41,481 bases of DNA from a virus. Lineage: Duplodnaviria; Heunggongvirae; Uroviricota; Caudoviricetes. The stretch lies in IMG/VR virus record IMGVR_UViG_2519103024_000007; one strand, 5' to 3'. Both the position numbers and the translations under genes were made by a program. This document shows positions 19,786 through 28,705 of this stretch, one piece after another. The notes under the pieces were generated by a model. The model made no database searches. It worked only from the letters and a program-made list of their open reading frames with translations, and was not told where the DNA came from. Position 1 is the stretch's first letter; each line of letters begins with the position of its first letter.

Positions 19786-20694
19786 ATGCCGATTATCGAC
19801 CTGAACCAGCTACCCGCACCGGATGTGGTCGAGGAGCTGGACTTTGAAACCATTCTTGCCGAACGCAAGGCGACACTGATTTCCCTTTACCCGGAAGACC
19901 AGCAGGAGGCGGTCGCCCGTACCCTGACGCTGGAATCCGAGCCTCTCGTCAAACTGCTGGAGGAAAATGCTTATCGTGAACTTATCTGGCGTCAGCGTGT
20001 GAATGAGGCCGCACGGGCGGTGATGCTGGCCTGTGCTGCCGGTAATGACCTTGATGTGATTGGTGCCAATTACAACACCACGCGCCTGATTATCACCCCG
20101 GCAGATGATTCGACTATCCCGCCGACACCGGCAGTGATGGAGTCTGACACCGATTACCGGCTGCGTATTCAGCAGGCGTTTGAAGGCTTAAGCGTCGCCG
20201 GGTCGGTGGGTGCCTATCAGTATCATGGCCGCAGTGCCGACGGGCGTGTCGCGGATATCTCTGTCACCAGTCCGTCTCCGGCCTGCGTCACCATCTCTGT
20301 GCTGTCACGTGAGAATAACGGTGTGGCATCCGAAGACCTGCTGGCGGTGGTACGTAACGCCCTTAATGGCGAGGATGTCAGGCCGGTGGCTGACCGCGTG
20401 ACCGTGCAGTCTGCCGCCATCGTTGAATACCAGATAAACGCCACGCTTTACCTTTACCCTGGTCCCGAAAGCGAACCCATCCGCGCGGCCGCAGTAAAAA
20501 AACTGGAAGCGTATATCACGGCACAGCACCGGCTGGGGCGCGACATCCGTCTGTCTGCCATTTATGCCGCTTTGCATGTGGAAGGCGTGCAGCGTGTCGA
20601 ACTGACTGCACCGCTGGCCGACATCGTGCTCAACAGTACGCAGGCGTCTTTCTGTACCGAATACCGCGTCGTGACCGGAGGCTCTGATGAGTGA
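19786..20694 (+). CDS. J: baseplate protein
   Basis: 302 aa; position and length as P2 gpJ. Confidence 0.9.
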   Translation: MPIIDLNQLPAPDVVEELDFETILAERKATLISLYPEDQQEAVARTLTLESEPLVKLLEENAYRELIWRQRVNEAARAVMLACAAGNDLDVIGANYNTTRLIITPADDSTIPPTPAVMESDTDYRLRIQQAFEGLSVAGSVGAYQYHGRSADGRVADISVTSPSPACVTISVLSRENNGVASEDLLAVVRNALNGEDVRPVADRVTVQSAAIVEYQINATLYLYPGPESEPIRAAAVKKLEAYITAQHRLGRDIRLSAIYAALHVEGVQRVELTAPLADIVLNSTQASFCTEYRVVTGGSDE

Positions 20695-21217
20695 TTCGCG
20701 CCTGCTGCCGACCGGCTCATCACCGCTTGAAGTTGCCGCCGCAAAAGCCTGTGCGGAAATTGAAAAAACGCCGGTCAGTATTCGTGAGCTGTGGAACCCG
20801 GACACCTGTCCGGCAAATCTGCTGCCGTGGCTGGCGTGGGCGTTTTCTGTTGACAGGTGGGATGAAAAGTGGCCGGAAGCAACAAAACGCGCCGTTATCC
20901 GCGATGCGTATTTCATTCACTGCCATAAGGGCACTATAGGCGCAATCCGGCGTGTGGTGGAGCCGCTCGGCTATCTCATTAACGTAAAGGAATGGTGGGA
21001 GACAAACGACCCGCCCGGAACCTTTCGCCTTGATATCGGTGTGCTGGAAAGCGGCATCACGGAGGAGATGTATCTGGAAATGGAACGGCTTATTGCCGAT
21101 GCCAAACCCGCAAGTCGCCACCTTATCGGTCTGAACATTATCCAGGACATTCCCGGCTGTCTGTATACAGGCGGTGTGGTCTGTGATGGTGATGTTATTA
21201 CTGTTTATCCCGGATAA
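20687..21217 (+). CDS. I: baseplate / tail fiber attachment protein
   Basis: 176 aa, overlaps J stop. Confidence 0.9.
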   Translation: MSDSRLLPTGSSPLEVAAAKACAEIEKTPVSIRELWNPDTCPANLLPWLAWAFSVDRWDEKWPEATKRAVIRDAYFIHCHKGTIGAIRRVVEPLGYLINVKEWWETNDPPGTFRLDIGVLESGITEEMYLEMERLIADAKPASRHLIGLNIIQDIPGCLYTGGVVCDGDVITVYPG

Positions 21218-21227
21218 GTGAGAAACA

Positions 21228-23957
21228 ATGAGCACGAAATTTAAAACCGTTATCACTACTGCCGGAGCCGCAAAGCTGGCAGCCGCCACTGTCCCCGGCG
21301 GGAAAAAAGTAACCCTGTCTGCAATGGCCGTGGGTGACGGTAATGGCAAATTGCCGGTGCCGGATGCCGGTCAGACGAAACTGGTGCATGAGGTCTGGCG
21401 TCACGCTCTGAATAAAGTCAGCGTGGATAACAAGAATAAAAACTATATCGTGGCTGAACTGGTTGTACCGCCCGAAGTGGGCGGCTTCTGGATGCGTGAG
21501 CTTGGTCTGTATGACGATGCCGGAACACTGATTGCGGTATCCAACATGGCTGAAAGCTATAAGCCAGAACTGGCTGAAGGCTCCGGGCGTGCGCAGACCT
21601 GCCGCATGGTTATTATTGTCAGTAACGTGGCGTCCGTTGAGCTGAGTATTGATGCCAGCACAGTGATGGCGACGCAGGATTACGTCGATGACAAAATCGC
21701 AGAGCATGAGCAGTCCCGCCGCCATCCTGACGCCACGCTGACAGAAAAAGGTTTTACTCAGTTAAGCAGTGCAACAAACAGCACCAGTGAGTCATTGGCA
21801 GCAACGCCAAAAGCGGTCAAGGCAGCAAATGACAACGCAAATTCACGTCTGGCGAAAAATCAGAATGGTGCAGATATCCAGGATAAATCAGCTTTTCTGG
21901 ACAATGTTGGCGTTACCAGCCTGACGTTTATGAAAAACAATGGCGAAATGCCGGTTGATGCTGATCTGAATACGTTTGGTTCTGTTAAGGCTTATTCAGG
22001 TATCTGGTCTAAAGCAACGTCCACCAACGCAACACTGGAGAAAAACTTCCCTGAAGATAATGCTGTCGGTGTGCTTGAGGTTTTTACTGGCGGCAATTTT
22101 GCAGGCACGCAACGCTATACCACACGTGACGGAAATTTGTATATCCGCAAACTCATTGGAACATGGAATGGTAATGATGGACCATGGGGAGCATGGCGCC
22201 ATGTTCAGGCTGTAACGCGAGCTCTAAGTACGACCATTGACCTTAACTCTCTCGGTGGCGCAGAACATTTAGGTCTATGGAGAAACAGCAGTTCAGCAAT
22301 AGCTTCTTTTGAACGACATTACCCCGAGCAGGGAGGAGACGCGCAGGGCATTCTGGAAATTTTCGAAGGTGGGCTATATGGACGCACACAGCGTTATACA
22401 ACCCGTAACGGGACTATGTATATTCGCGGCCTGACAGCCAAATGGGATGCAGAAAATCCACAGTGGGAAGACTGGATCCAAATTGGTTATCAGACCAGTA
22501 GTACCTTCTATGAGGATGACCTGGATGATTTGATGTCTCCAGGTATTTACAGTGTGACAGGCAAAGCGACCCACACCCCAATCCAGGGGCAGTCTGGTTT
22601 TCTGGAAGTCATCAGGCGCAAGGATGGTGTCTATGTTTTGCAACGTTACACGACCACAGGAACCAGCGCAGCTACAAAAGACCGTTTATATGAGCGAGTG
22701 TTTCTTGGTGGCTCATTTAACGCGTGGGGGGAGTGGCGACAGATTTATAACTCAAACTCTTTGCCGTTAGAGTTGGGTATCGGTGGCGCAGTGGCAAAAC
22801 TCACCAGCCTGGACTGGCAGACATACGATTTTGTGCCGGGCAGTCTGATAACCGTTCGGCTGGATAACATGACCAATATTCCCGACGGTATGGACTGGGG
22901 CGTCATTGATGGCAACCTGATAAACATCTCAGTCGGTCCGAGTGATGATTCTGGTTCGGGACGCTCAATGCATGTATGGCGCAGCACTGTAAGTAAAGCC
23001 AACTACCGCTTTTTTATGGTGCGTATTTCAGGAAATCCGGGAAGCCGCACGATCACGACAAGACGTGTGCCAATTATCGACGAAGCCCAGACATGGGGCG
23101 CGAAACAGACATTCAGTGCTGGCCTTTCTGGTGAACTGTCCGGCAATGCGGCGACAGCAACAAAGCTGAAAACAGCCCGTAAAATTAATAACGTTTCGTT
23201 TGATGGAACATCAGATATTAACCTGACGCCGAAAAATATTGGTGCATTTGCTTCAGGAAAAACAGGAGACACCGTTGCGAATGATAAAGCCGTTGGATGG
23301 AACTGGAGTAGCGGAGCCTATAACGCAACTATTGGTGGGGCATCAACGTTAATTCTTCATTTTAATATCGGGGAAGGAAGTTGTCCCGCCGCCCAGTTTC
23401 GCGTTAATTATAAGAACGGTGGTATTTTTTATCGTTCTGCTCGTGACGGTTACGGATTCGAGGCTGACTGGTCTGAGTTTTATACCACAACGCGAAAACC
23501 TACAGCGGGAGATGTCGGTGCACTGCCGTTATCTGGTGGTCAATTGAATGGTGCTCTGGGTATAGGAACATCCAGTGCTCTTGGCGGTAATTCGATTGTT
23601 TTGGGTGATAATGACACGGGCTTTAAACAAAATGGTGATGGTAATCTGGATGTTTATGCTAATAGCGTCCATGTTATGCGCTTTGTCTCCGGAAGCGTTC
23701 AAAGTAATAAAACCATAAATATTACGGGGCGTGTTAATCCCTCGGATTACGGTAACTTTGATTCCCGCTATGTGAGAGATGTCAGACTTGGCACACGTGT
23801 TGTCCAGACCATGCAGAAAGGGGTGATGTATGAGAAAGCAGGGCACGTAATTACCGGGCTTGGTATTGTCGGTGAAGTCGATGGTGATGACCCCGCAGTA
23901 TTCAGACCAATACAAAAATACATCAATGGCACATGGTATAACGTCGCACAGGTGTAA
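21228..23957 (+). CDS. H: tail fiber protein with extended variable C-terminal region
   Basis: 909 aa; conserved P2-type N-terminus (MSTKFKTVITTAGAAKLAAA), then three tandem ~55-aa repeats and a distinct distal domain; longer than the 669 aa I recall for P2 gpH. Confidence 0.9.
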   Translation: MSTKFKTVITTAGAAKLAAATVPGGKKVTLSAMAVGDGNGKLPVPDAGQTKLVHEVWRHALNKVSVDNKNKNYIVAELVVPPEVGGFWMRELGLYDDAGTLIAVSNMAESYKPELAEGSGRAQTCRMVIIVSNVASVELSIDASTVMATQDYVDDKIAEHEQSRRHPDATLTEKGFTQLSSATNSTSESLAATPKAVKAANDNANSRLAKNQNGADIQDKSAFLDNVGVTSLTFMKNNGEMPVDADLNTFGSVKAYSGIWSKATSTNATLEKNFPEDNAVGVLEVFTGGNFAGTQRYTTRDGNLYIRKLIGTWNGNDGPWGAWRHVQAVTRALSTTIDLNSLGGAEHLGLWRNSSSAIASFERHYPEQGGDAQGILEIFEGGLYGRTQRYTTRNGTMYIRGLTAKWDAENPQWEDWIQIGYQTSSTFYEDDLDDLMSPGIYSVTGKATHTPIQGQSGFLEVIRRKDGVYVLQRYTTTGTSAATKDRLYERVFLGGSFNAWGEWRQIYNSNSLPLELGIGGAVAKLTSLDWQTYDFVPGSLITVRLDNMTNIPDGMDWGVIDGNLINISVGPSDDSGSGRSMHVWRSTVSKANYRFFMVRISGNPGSRTITTRRVPIIDEAQTWGAKQTFSAGLSGELSGNAATATKLKTARKINNVSFDGTSDINLTPKNIGAFASGKTGDTVANDKAVGWNWSSGAYNATIGGASTLILHFNIGEGSCPAAQFRVNYKNGGIFYRSARDGYGFEADWSEFYTTTRKPTAGDVGALPLSGGQLNGALGIGTSSALGGNSIVLGDNDTGFKQNGDGNLDVYANSVHVMRFVSGSVQSNKTINITGRVNPSDYGNFDSRYVRDVRLGTRVVQTMQKGVMYEKAGHVITGLGIVGEVDGDDPAVFRPIQKYINGTWYNVAQV

Positions 23958-23960
23958 TTT

Positions 23961-24488
23961 ATGCAGCATTTAAAAAATATTACTGCGGGTAATCCAAAAA
24001 CTGTTGCCCAATATCAACTGACAAAAAATTTTGATGTTATCTGGTTATGGTCCGAAGAGGGAAAAAACTGGTATGAGGAAGTAAGTAATTTTCAGGAAGA
24101 CACGATAAAGATTGTTTACGATGAGAATAATATAATTGTCGGCATCACCAGAGATGCTTCAACGCTCAACCCTGAAGGTTTTAGCGTTGTCGAGGTTCCT
24201 GATATTACCGCCAACCGACGTGCTGATGACTCAGGTAAATGGATGTTTAAGGATGGTGCCGTGATTAAGCGGATTTATACGGCAGACGAACAGCTGCAAC
24301 TGGCGGAATTACAGAAGTCAGCTTTGCTTTCCGAAGCTGAAACTATCATTCAGCCACTGGAACGCTCTGTCAGACTGAATATGGCAACAGATGAGGAGCG
24401 TAGCCGACTGGAAGCATGGGAACGCTACAGTGTTCTGGTCAGCCGTGTGGATCCTGCAAATCCTGAATGGCCGGAAATGCCGCAATAA
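23961..24488 (+). CDS. G: tail fiber assembly chaperone
   Basis: 175 aa immediately after H. Confidence 0.85.
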   Translation: MQHLKNITAGNPKTVAQYQLTKNFDVIWLWSEEGKNWYEEVSNFQEDTIKIVYDENNIIVGITRDASTLNPEGFSVVEVPDITANRRADDSGKWMFKDGAVIKRIYTADEQLQLAELQKSALLSEAETIIQPLERSVRLNMATDEERSRLEAWERYSVLVSRVDPANPEWPEMPQ

Positions 24489-24522
24489 GTTGTATGATCT
24501 CTGGAGTGAGCTAACGTATCTA

Positions 24523-24564
24523 TAGCACAGAGTAAAGCCTAATCTGACAGTCTGCTCTGTGCTA
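24523..24564. repeat. 10-bp-stem hairpin (TAGCACAGAG / CTCTGTGCTA) enclosing an inverted copy of the CAGACTGTCAG motif
   Basis: Perfect inverted repeat 24523-24532 / 24555-24564; loop contains CTGACAGTCTG (24544-24554), the reverse complement of the motif at 26199 and 28509. Confidence 0.75.
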
Positions 24565-24710
24565 GGAGCGGACTGACCTGCTTCCCGATGATTAATACAC
24601 AGCTATGCTAGTAATGTCCTAGACTGGCCCCCTGAATCTCCAGACAACCAATATCACTTATTTAAGTGATAGTCTTAATACTAGTTTTTAGACTAGTCAT
24701 TGGAGAGCAG

Positions 24711-25076
24711 ATGATTGATGTCTTAGGACCGGAGAAACGCAGACGGCGTACCACACAGGAAAAGATCGCAATTGTTCAGCAGAGCTTTGAACCAGGGATG
24801 ACGGTCTCCCTCGTTGCCCGGCAACACGGTGTGGCAGCCAGCCAGTTATTTCTCTGGCGTAAGCAATACCAGGAAGGAAGTCTTACTGCTGTCGCCGCCG
24901 GAGAACAGGTTGTTCCTGCCTCTGAACTTGCTGCCGCCATGAAGCAGATTAAAGAACTCCAGCGCCTGCTCGGCAAGAAAACGATGGAAAATGAACTCCT
25001 CAAAGAAGCCGTTGAATATGGACGGGCAAAAAAGTGGATAGCGCACGCGCCCTTATTGCCCGGGGATGGGGAGTAA
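24711..25076 (+). CDS. insC: IS2 transposase orfA (InsC-like, HTH)
   Basis: 121 aa from ATG 24711, [26 protein letters not shown]... Confidence 0.85.
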
Positions 25077-26135
25077 GCTTAGTCAGCCGTTGTCTCCGGG
25101 TGTCGCGTGCGCAGTTGCACGTCATTACGACGNNNNNNNNNNNNNNNNNNNNNNNNNNNNNNNNNNNNNNNNNNNNNNNNNNNNNNNNNNNNNNNNNNNN
25201 NNNNNNNNNNNNNNNNNNNNNNNNNNNNNNNNNNNNNNNNNNNNNNNNNNNNNNNNNNNNNNNNNNNNNNNNNNNNNNNNNNNNNNNNNNNNNNNNNNNN
25301 NNNNNNNNNNNNNNNNNNNNNNNNNNNNNNNNNNNNNNNNNNNNNNNNNNNNNNNNNNNNNNNNNNNNNNNNNNNNNNNNNNNNNNNNNNNNNNNNNNNN
25401 NNNNNNNNNNNNNNNNNNNNNNNNNNNNNNNNNNNNNNNNNNNNNNNNNNNNNNNNNNNNNNNNNNNNNNNNNNNNNNNNNNNNNNNNNNNNNNNNNNNN
25501 NNNNNNNNNNNNNNNNNNNNNNNNNNNNNNNNNNNNNNNNNNNNNNNNNNNNNNNNNNNNNNNNNNNNNNNNNNNNNNNNNNNNNNNNNNNNNNNNNNNN
25601 NNNNNNNNNNNNNNNNNNNNNNNNNNNNNNNNNNNNNNNNNNNNNNNNNNNNNNNNNNNNNNNNNNNNNNNNNNNNNNNNNNNNNNNNNNNNNNNNNNNN
25701 NNNNNNNNNNNNNNNNNNNNNNNNNNNNNNNNNNNNNNNNNNNNNNNNNNNNNNNNNNNATGCTGGGAGCGGTGGAACGCCGCTCGGCAACGAGCTTCCG
25801 GCGTCTCCAGTAGAGTGGCTGACGGATAATGGTTCATGCTACCGGGCTAATGAAACACGGCAGTTTGCCCGGATGTTGGGGCTTGAACCGAAGAGCACGG
25901 CGGTGCGGAGTCCGGAGAGTAACGGCATAGCAGAGAGCTTCGTGCGATAAAGCGTGACTACATCAGTGTCATGCCCAAACCAGACGGGTTAACGGCAGCA
26001 AAGAACCTTGCAGAGGCGTTCGAGCATTATAACGAATGGCATCCGCATAGTGCACTGGGTTATCGCTCGCCACGGGAATATCTGCGGCAGCAAGCCAGTA
26101 ATGGGTTAAGTGATAACAGGTGTCTGGAAATATAG
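25034..26135 (+). CDS. insD: IS2 transposase orfB (InsD-like, DDE), interrupted by assembly gap and an apparent small deletion
   Basis: N-terminal [23 protein letters not shown] and C-terminal ...[10 protein letters not shown] are on either side of the N run; premature stop at 25948-25950 (ESFVR*) where I recall extra bases in IS2. Confidence 0.6.
25133..25759. other. assembly gap (627 N)
   Basis: Uninterrupted run of n inside IS2. Confidence 1.
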
Positions 26136-26198
26136 GGGCAAATCCATGTCCGTAGATCGCTGTGTGTTGCATCCATCGGTTGAACTCACAGTCCAAAC

Positions 26199-26219
26199 CA
26201 GACTGTCAGCTTTGATTAG
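26199..26219 (+). repeat. recombination-site-like repeat, copy 1: CAGACTGTCAG-c-TTTGATTAG
   Basis: Shares the 11-mer core and TTTGAT(T)AG extension with 28509-28528; a second TGTCAG follows 28 nt downstream in both copies. Confidence 0.8.
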
Positions 26220-26397
26220 ATTCTACCTACTCAACCTGTCAGATAAGGTCTGAGCTAATACATCTAATATATGGCTTCGTGCAGGGGACGGCTATCGCGA
26301 ACGTTAGGCCAGGTATCTGAATACGCACAGTTCACTTGGTTGTACTTCTTGCACTGATCTGCTATCCCGCACAGCTATTTATAGGTAATCTTCAGTG

Positions 26398-26403
26398 TAT
26401 AAT
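26398..26403 (+). promoter_or_regulatory. candidate -10 hexamer TATAAT for the 280-aa gene
   Basis: TATAAT 39 nt upstream of ATG 26442; strong RBS AGGAG at 26431-26435; -35 element weak. Confidence 0.35.
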
Positions 26404-26441
26404 CTGCCAACTTATGGAAGCTTGTACAACAGGAGAAATAT

Positions 26442-27284
26442 ATGAAAAAAGAATTGTTTGGACGTTGCCCGTTTGATCTTGACGAAGATGTAAAAAAAAT
26501 AGCCGCGATAAATAAATATATCCATGCAAAATTTGAGGAGCATAAAAATAAAATAGACAACCTAAAGGGTGTGGAACAAAAATTGATGGTCTTACAGTAC
26601 TTTAATGTACTGAATGAACTTAGTAATCAGGCTATCTCTTCTTTGAATATAGGAGCCTTTTCAGCATCGGAAGTATTAGCTAGGGTTATAATAGAACAGG
26701 CTGCCAATCAATTTTATATAGCAATAGATGATGGCGAAAATGCACAAGCATTACTCAAGGCTAGTAAGAAATTAGTTCATAGTAATGGAAAACGGTGGCT
26801 GGAGTGTTTAAAATCCAAAGGAATGACTAATCCAGCAGCAAATGAAAGGATTCGCATGGGAAAAGAACTAACTGATCTATTTAATAGATTGTGGCCAAAT
26901 ACACCTGAATATCCAGGAACCAGAAGACTTTTTGAATTAATTGGCTGGGAAACACACTATCATGCCCATTACGTTCCCCTTTGTGATTCAATACATACAT
27001 TCTCTGATGATATGGTAAATATAGTATCTCTATATAATGCAATCCAAAGTGATGAAAATACTGCTATCGAATTCATTCTTGCAGTTAAACAAGAAAATAA
27101 ACGGCTGGCAATTTATAATTTTGTAATTGCTACGGCCCTTCGGTGTGAGGCCTTAGTAAATGTATTTAACTCTTTAGGTTATCAGGATATTATAACAGAA
27201 ATGACACCAACAATAGATACAGTCAACCAGACTATAATTCGATATGATGATTTTGATCATTCCAGAATTGATGATTGTCAATAA
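26442..27284 (+). CDS. hypothetical protein, 280 aa, no motif recognised (cargo gene 1)
   Basis: AT-rich ORF with strong RBS; soluble, no TM segment; no catalytic motif I can assign by eye. Confidence 0.6.
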   Translation: MKKELFGRCPFDLDEDVKKIAAINKYIHAKFEEHKNKIDNLKGVEQKLMVLQYFNVLNELSNQAISSLNIGAFSASEVLARVIIEQAANQFYIAIDDGENAQALLKASKKLVHSNGKRWLECLKSKGMTNPAANERIRMGKELTDLFNRLWPNTPEYPGTRRLFELIGWETHYHAHYVPLCDSIHTFSDDMVNIVSLYNAIQSDENTAIEFILAVKQENKRLAIYNFVIATALRCEALVNVFNSLGYQDIITEMTPTIDTVNQTIIRYDDFDHSRIDDCQ

Positions 27285-27390
27285 TTAATTGACAGAATAC
27301 GTACATGCGCAACAACTAGTGATAGTTGACTTATTTTCGCTCTTGAGAGACAACCATACTCAAATCTCCCACATTGCAGGAGATTTGAAT

Positions 27391-27975
27391 ATGAAAACGT
27401 CACCGTGGAATAAAGACCGTACCATCGGTCAAAAAAGGCCACTTCAGATATTTCATATCTGGGGGATCCGGATTAGACTTGAGTTGGAAGGTAAAACACG
27501 CGATCTAGCTCTGTTCAACATGGCTTTGGACACTAAGCTACGGGGCTGTGATTTGGTCAAACTCAAAGTATCAGATGCTGCATATGGCAGTTCTGTCTCA
27601 AGCAGAGCAACGGTGTTGCAACAGAAAACCGGCAGCCCTGTCCAATTTGAGATAACCAAAGGGACAAGGGAAGCGGTTACTGCATTGATAAAGCTCGGCA
27701 ACTGGCATAGTAAAGGCTTCCTGTTCCGCTCTCGGGTCGGAACTAACCACCATATATCAACCCGGCAATACAACCGAATTTTTCATGGGTGGGTAGAAAA
27801 GCTTGGTCTCGAAGATTCGCTGTACAGCACACATTCCATGAGAAGAACAAAACCTTACTTAATCTACAAGAAAACCAAGAGTCTCCGGGTGATCCAACTT
27901 CTGTTGGGCCATAAGAAACTGGAAAGCACAGTCCGTTATTTGGGCATTGAAGTCGATATAGAAGGTCTCTTTTAA
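27391..27975 (+). CDS. short tyrosine recombinase, catalytic domain only (FimB/FimE-like size)
   Basis: ATG 27391 with RBS AGGAG 8 nt upstream (track ORF starts at upstream TTG 27289); box I LRGCDLVKL, conserved K in QKTG, box II HSMRRT...LLGH...TVRY; about 194 aa, no N-terminal core-binding domain. Confidence 0.65.
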   Translation: MKTSPWNKDRTIGQKRPLQIFHIWGIRIRLELEGKTRDLALFNMALDTKLRGCDLVKLKVSDAAYGSSVSSRATVLQQKTGSPVQFEITKGTREAVTALIKLGNWHSKGFLFRSRVGTNHHISTRQYNRIFHGWVEKLGLEDSLYSTHSMRRTKPYLIYKKTKSLRVIQLLLGHKKLESTVRYLGIEVDIEGLF

Positions 27976-27997
27976 GTTATGGGGGCTGATTTTATAT

Positions 27998-28387
27998 TCA
28001 ATAGCGTATGCTCATCGAAGAAATAAACTCATAAAATGTAAAGACAGCCAGCAAAAACATACAGATAAAGATAAGGGAAATAGCACACTTAACTAAGGGC
28101 TGAACCCCCCGAGGTGTTCCCCATGGTTTAGACATTTGGGTTATAACCCAAATAAATAAGGCCACAAAACAGCAAACACCAGCCAATCCGAGCAGAGATA
28201 TTATGACAACTCCAAACAGATTTCCAACATCTAGTTTATCTGTTTTTGCAACTAGGGTTAACAAACCAGCAATAATAGTTGCAATCGATATTCCCGCAAT
28301 GGTTGTGAGATCGGCGATAACAGCCAGTTTTTCTTTAGTATTTCCTTGAGTAAAGACCTCTAAAATTGATTTCATGGAAATAACCAC
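27998..28387 (-). CDS. small membrane protein, three predicted TM helices (cargo gene 3)
   Basis: 129-aa ORF convergent with the recombinase gene; three long hydrophobic stretches. Confidence 0.5.
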   Translation of the reverse strand: MVISMKSILEVFTQGNTKEKLAVIADLTTIAGISIATIIAGLLTLVAKTDKLDVGNLFGVVIISLLGLAGVCCFVALFIWVITQMSKPWGTPRGVQPLVKCAISLIFICMFLLAVFTFYEFISSMSIRY

Positions 28388-28508
28388 CTACTATCGATTA
28401 TATTCAGGAGCTTTTTATCATAACGATATCAGATAGATAAGGACATTGTAATATTTTGGATGATTTAAACTTGCTTTTGTAACTCTAATGTCCACTTTTC
28501 GCTCAAAG

Positions 28509-28528
28509 CAGACTGTCAGGTTTGATAG
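28509..28528 (+). repeat. recombination-site-like repeat, copy 2: CAGACTGTCAG-g-TTTGATAG
   Basis: Direct-orientation partner of 26199-26219; followed by a second TGTCAG at 28548-28553. Confidence 0.8.
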
Positions 28529-28582
28529 CATTTGGGCTATGTAAATTGTCAGGCGGAAAATGAGTGAGTACAAATCAGGACA

Positions 28583-28609
28583 GGCGGGCGAATTGCCCGC
28601 CTTTTCTTT
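28583..28609 (+). terminator. rho-independent terminator candidate
   Basis: GGCGGGC-gaatt-GCCCGCC stem-loop followed by TTTTCTTT, about 100 nt upstream of FI. Confidence 0.5.
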
Positions 28610-28705
28610 ATCTGTTGTTTCATCCACTGACCAGCCAGGTCAAATAGCGTCTTATGCTCTGCACAACAGAAAATAGTTGTACCCATTAACCACGGAGTTA
28701 AACGG

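Larger units (their letters stand above)
24620..26146 (+). mobile_element. IS2 (IS3 family) insertion with 5-bp target-site duplication TGTCC
   Basis: Ends TAGACTGGCCCCCTGAATCTCC... and ...GGGGCAAATCCA; flanking TGTCC at 24615-24619 and 26147-26151; InsC-type orfA inside. Interior interrupted by N run. Confidence 0.85.

Noticed and set aside
25034-25837. Track ORFs whose translation is mostly X across the N run
   Set aside because: Artefacts of translating the assembly gap; only the flanking IS2 transposase segments are real.
25969-26196. 75-aa minus-strand ORF at the right end of IS2
   Set aside because: Antisense to the IS2 orfB C-terminal coding region and runs across the IS2 end and target duplication.
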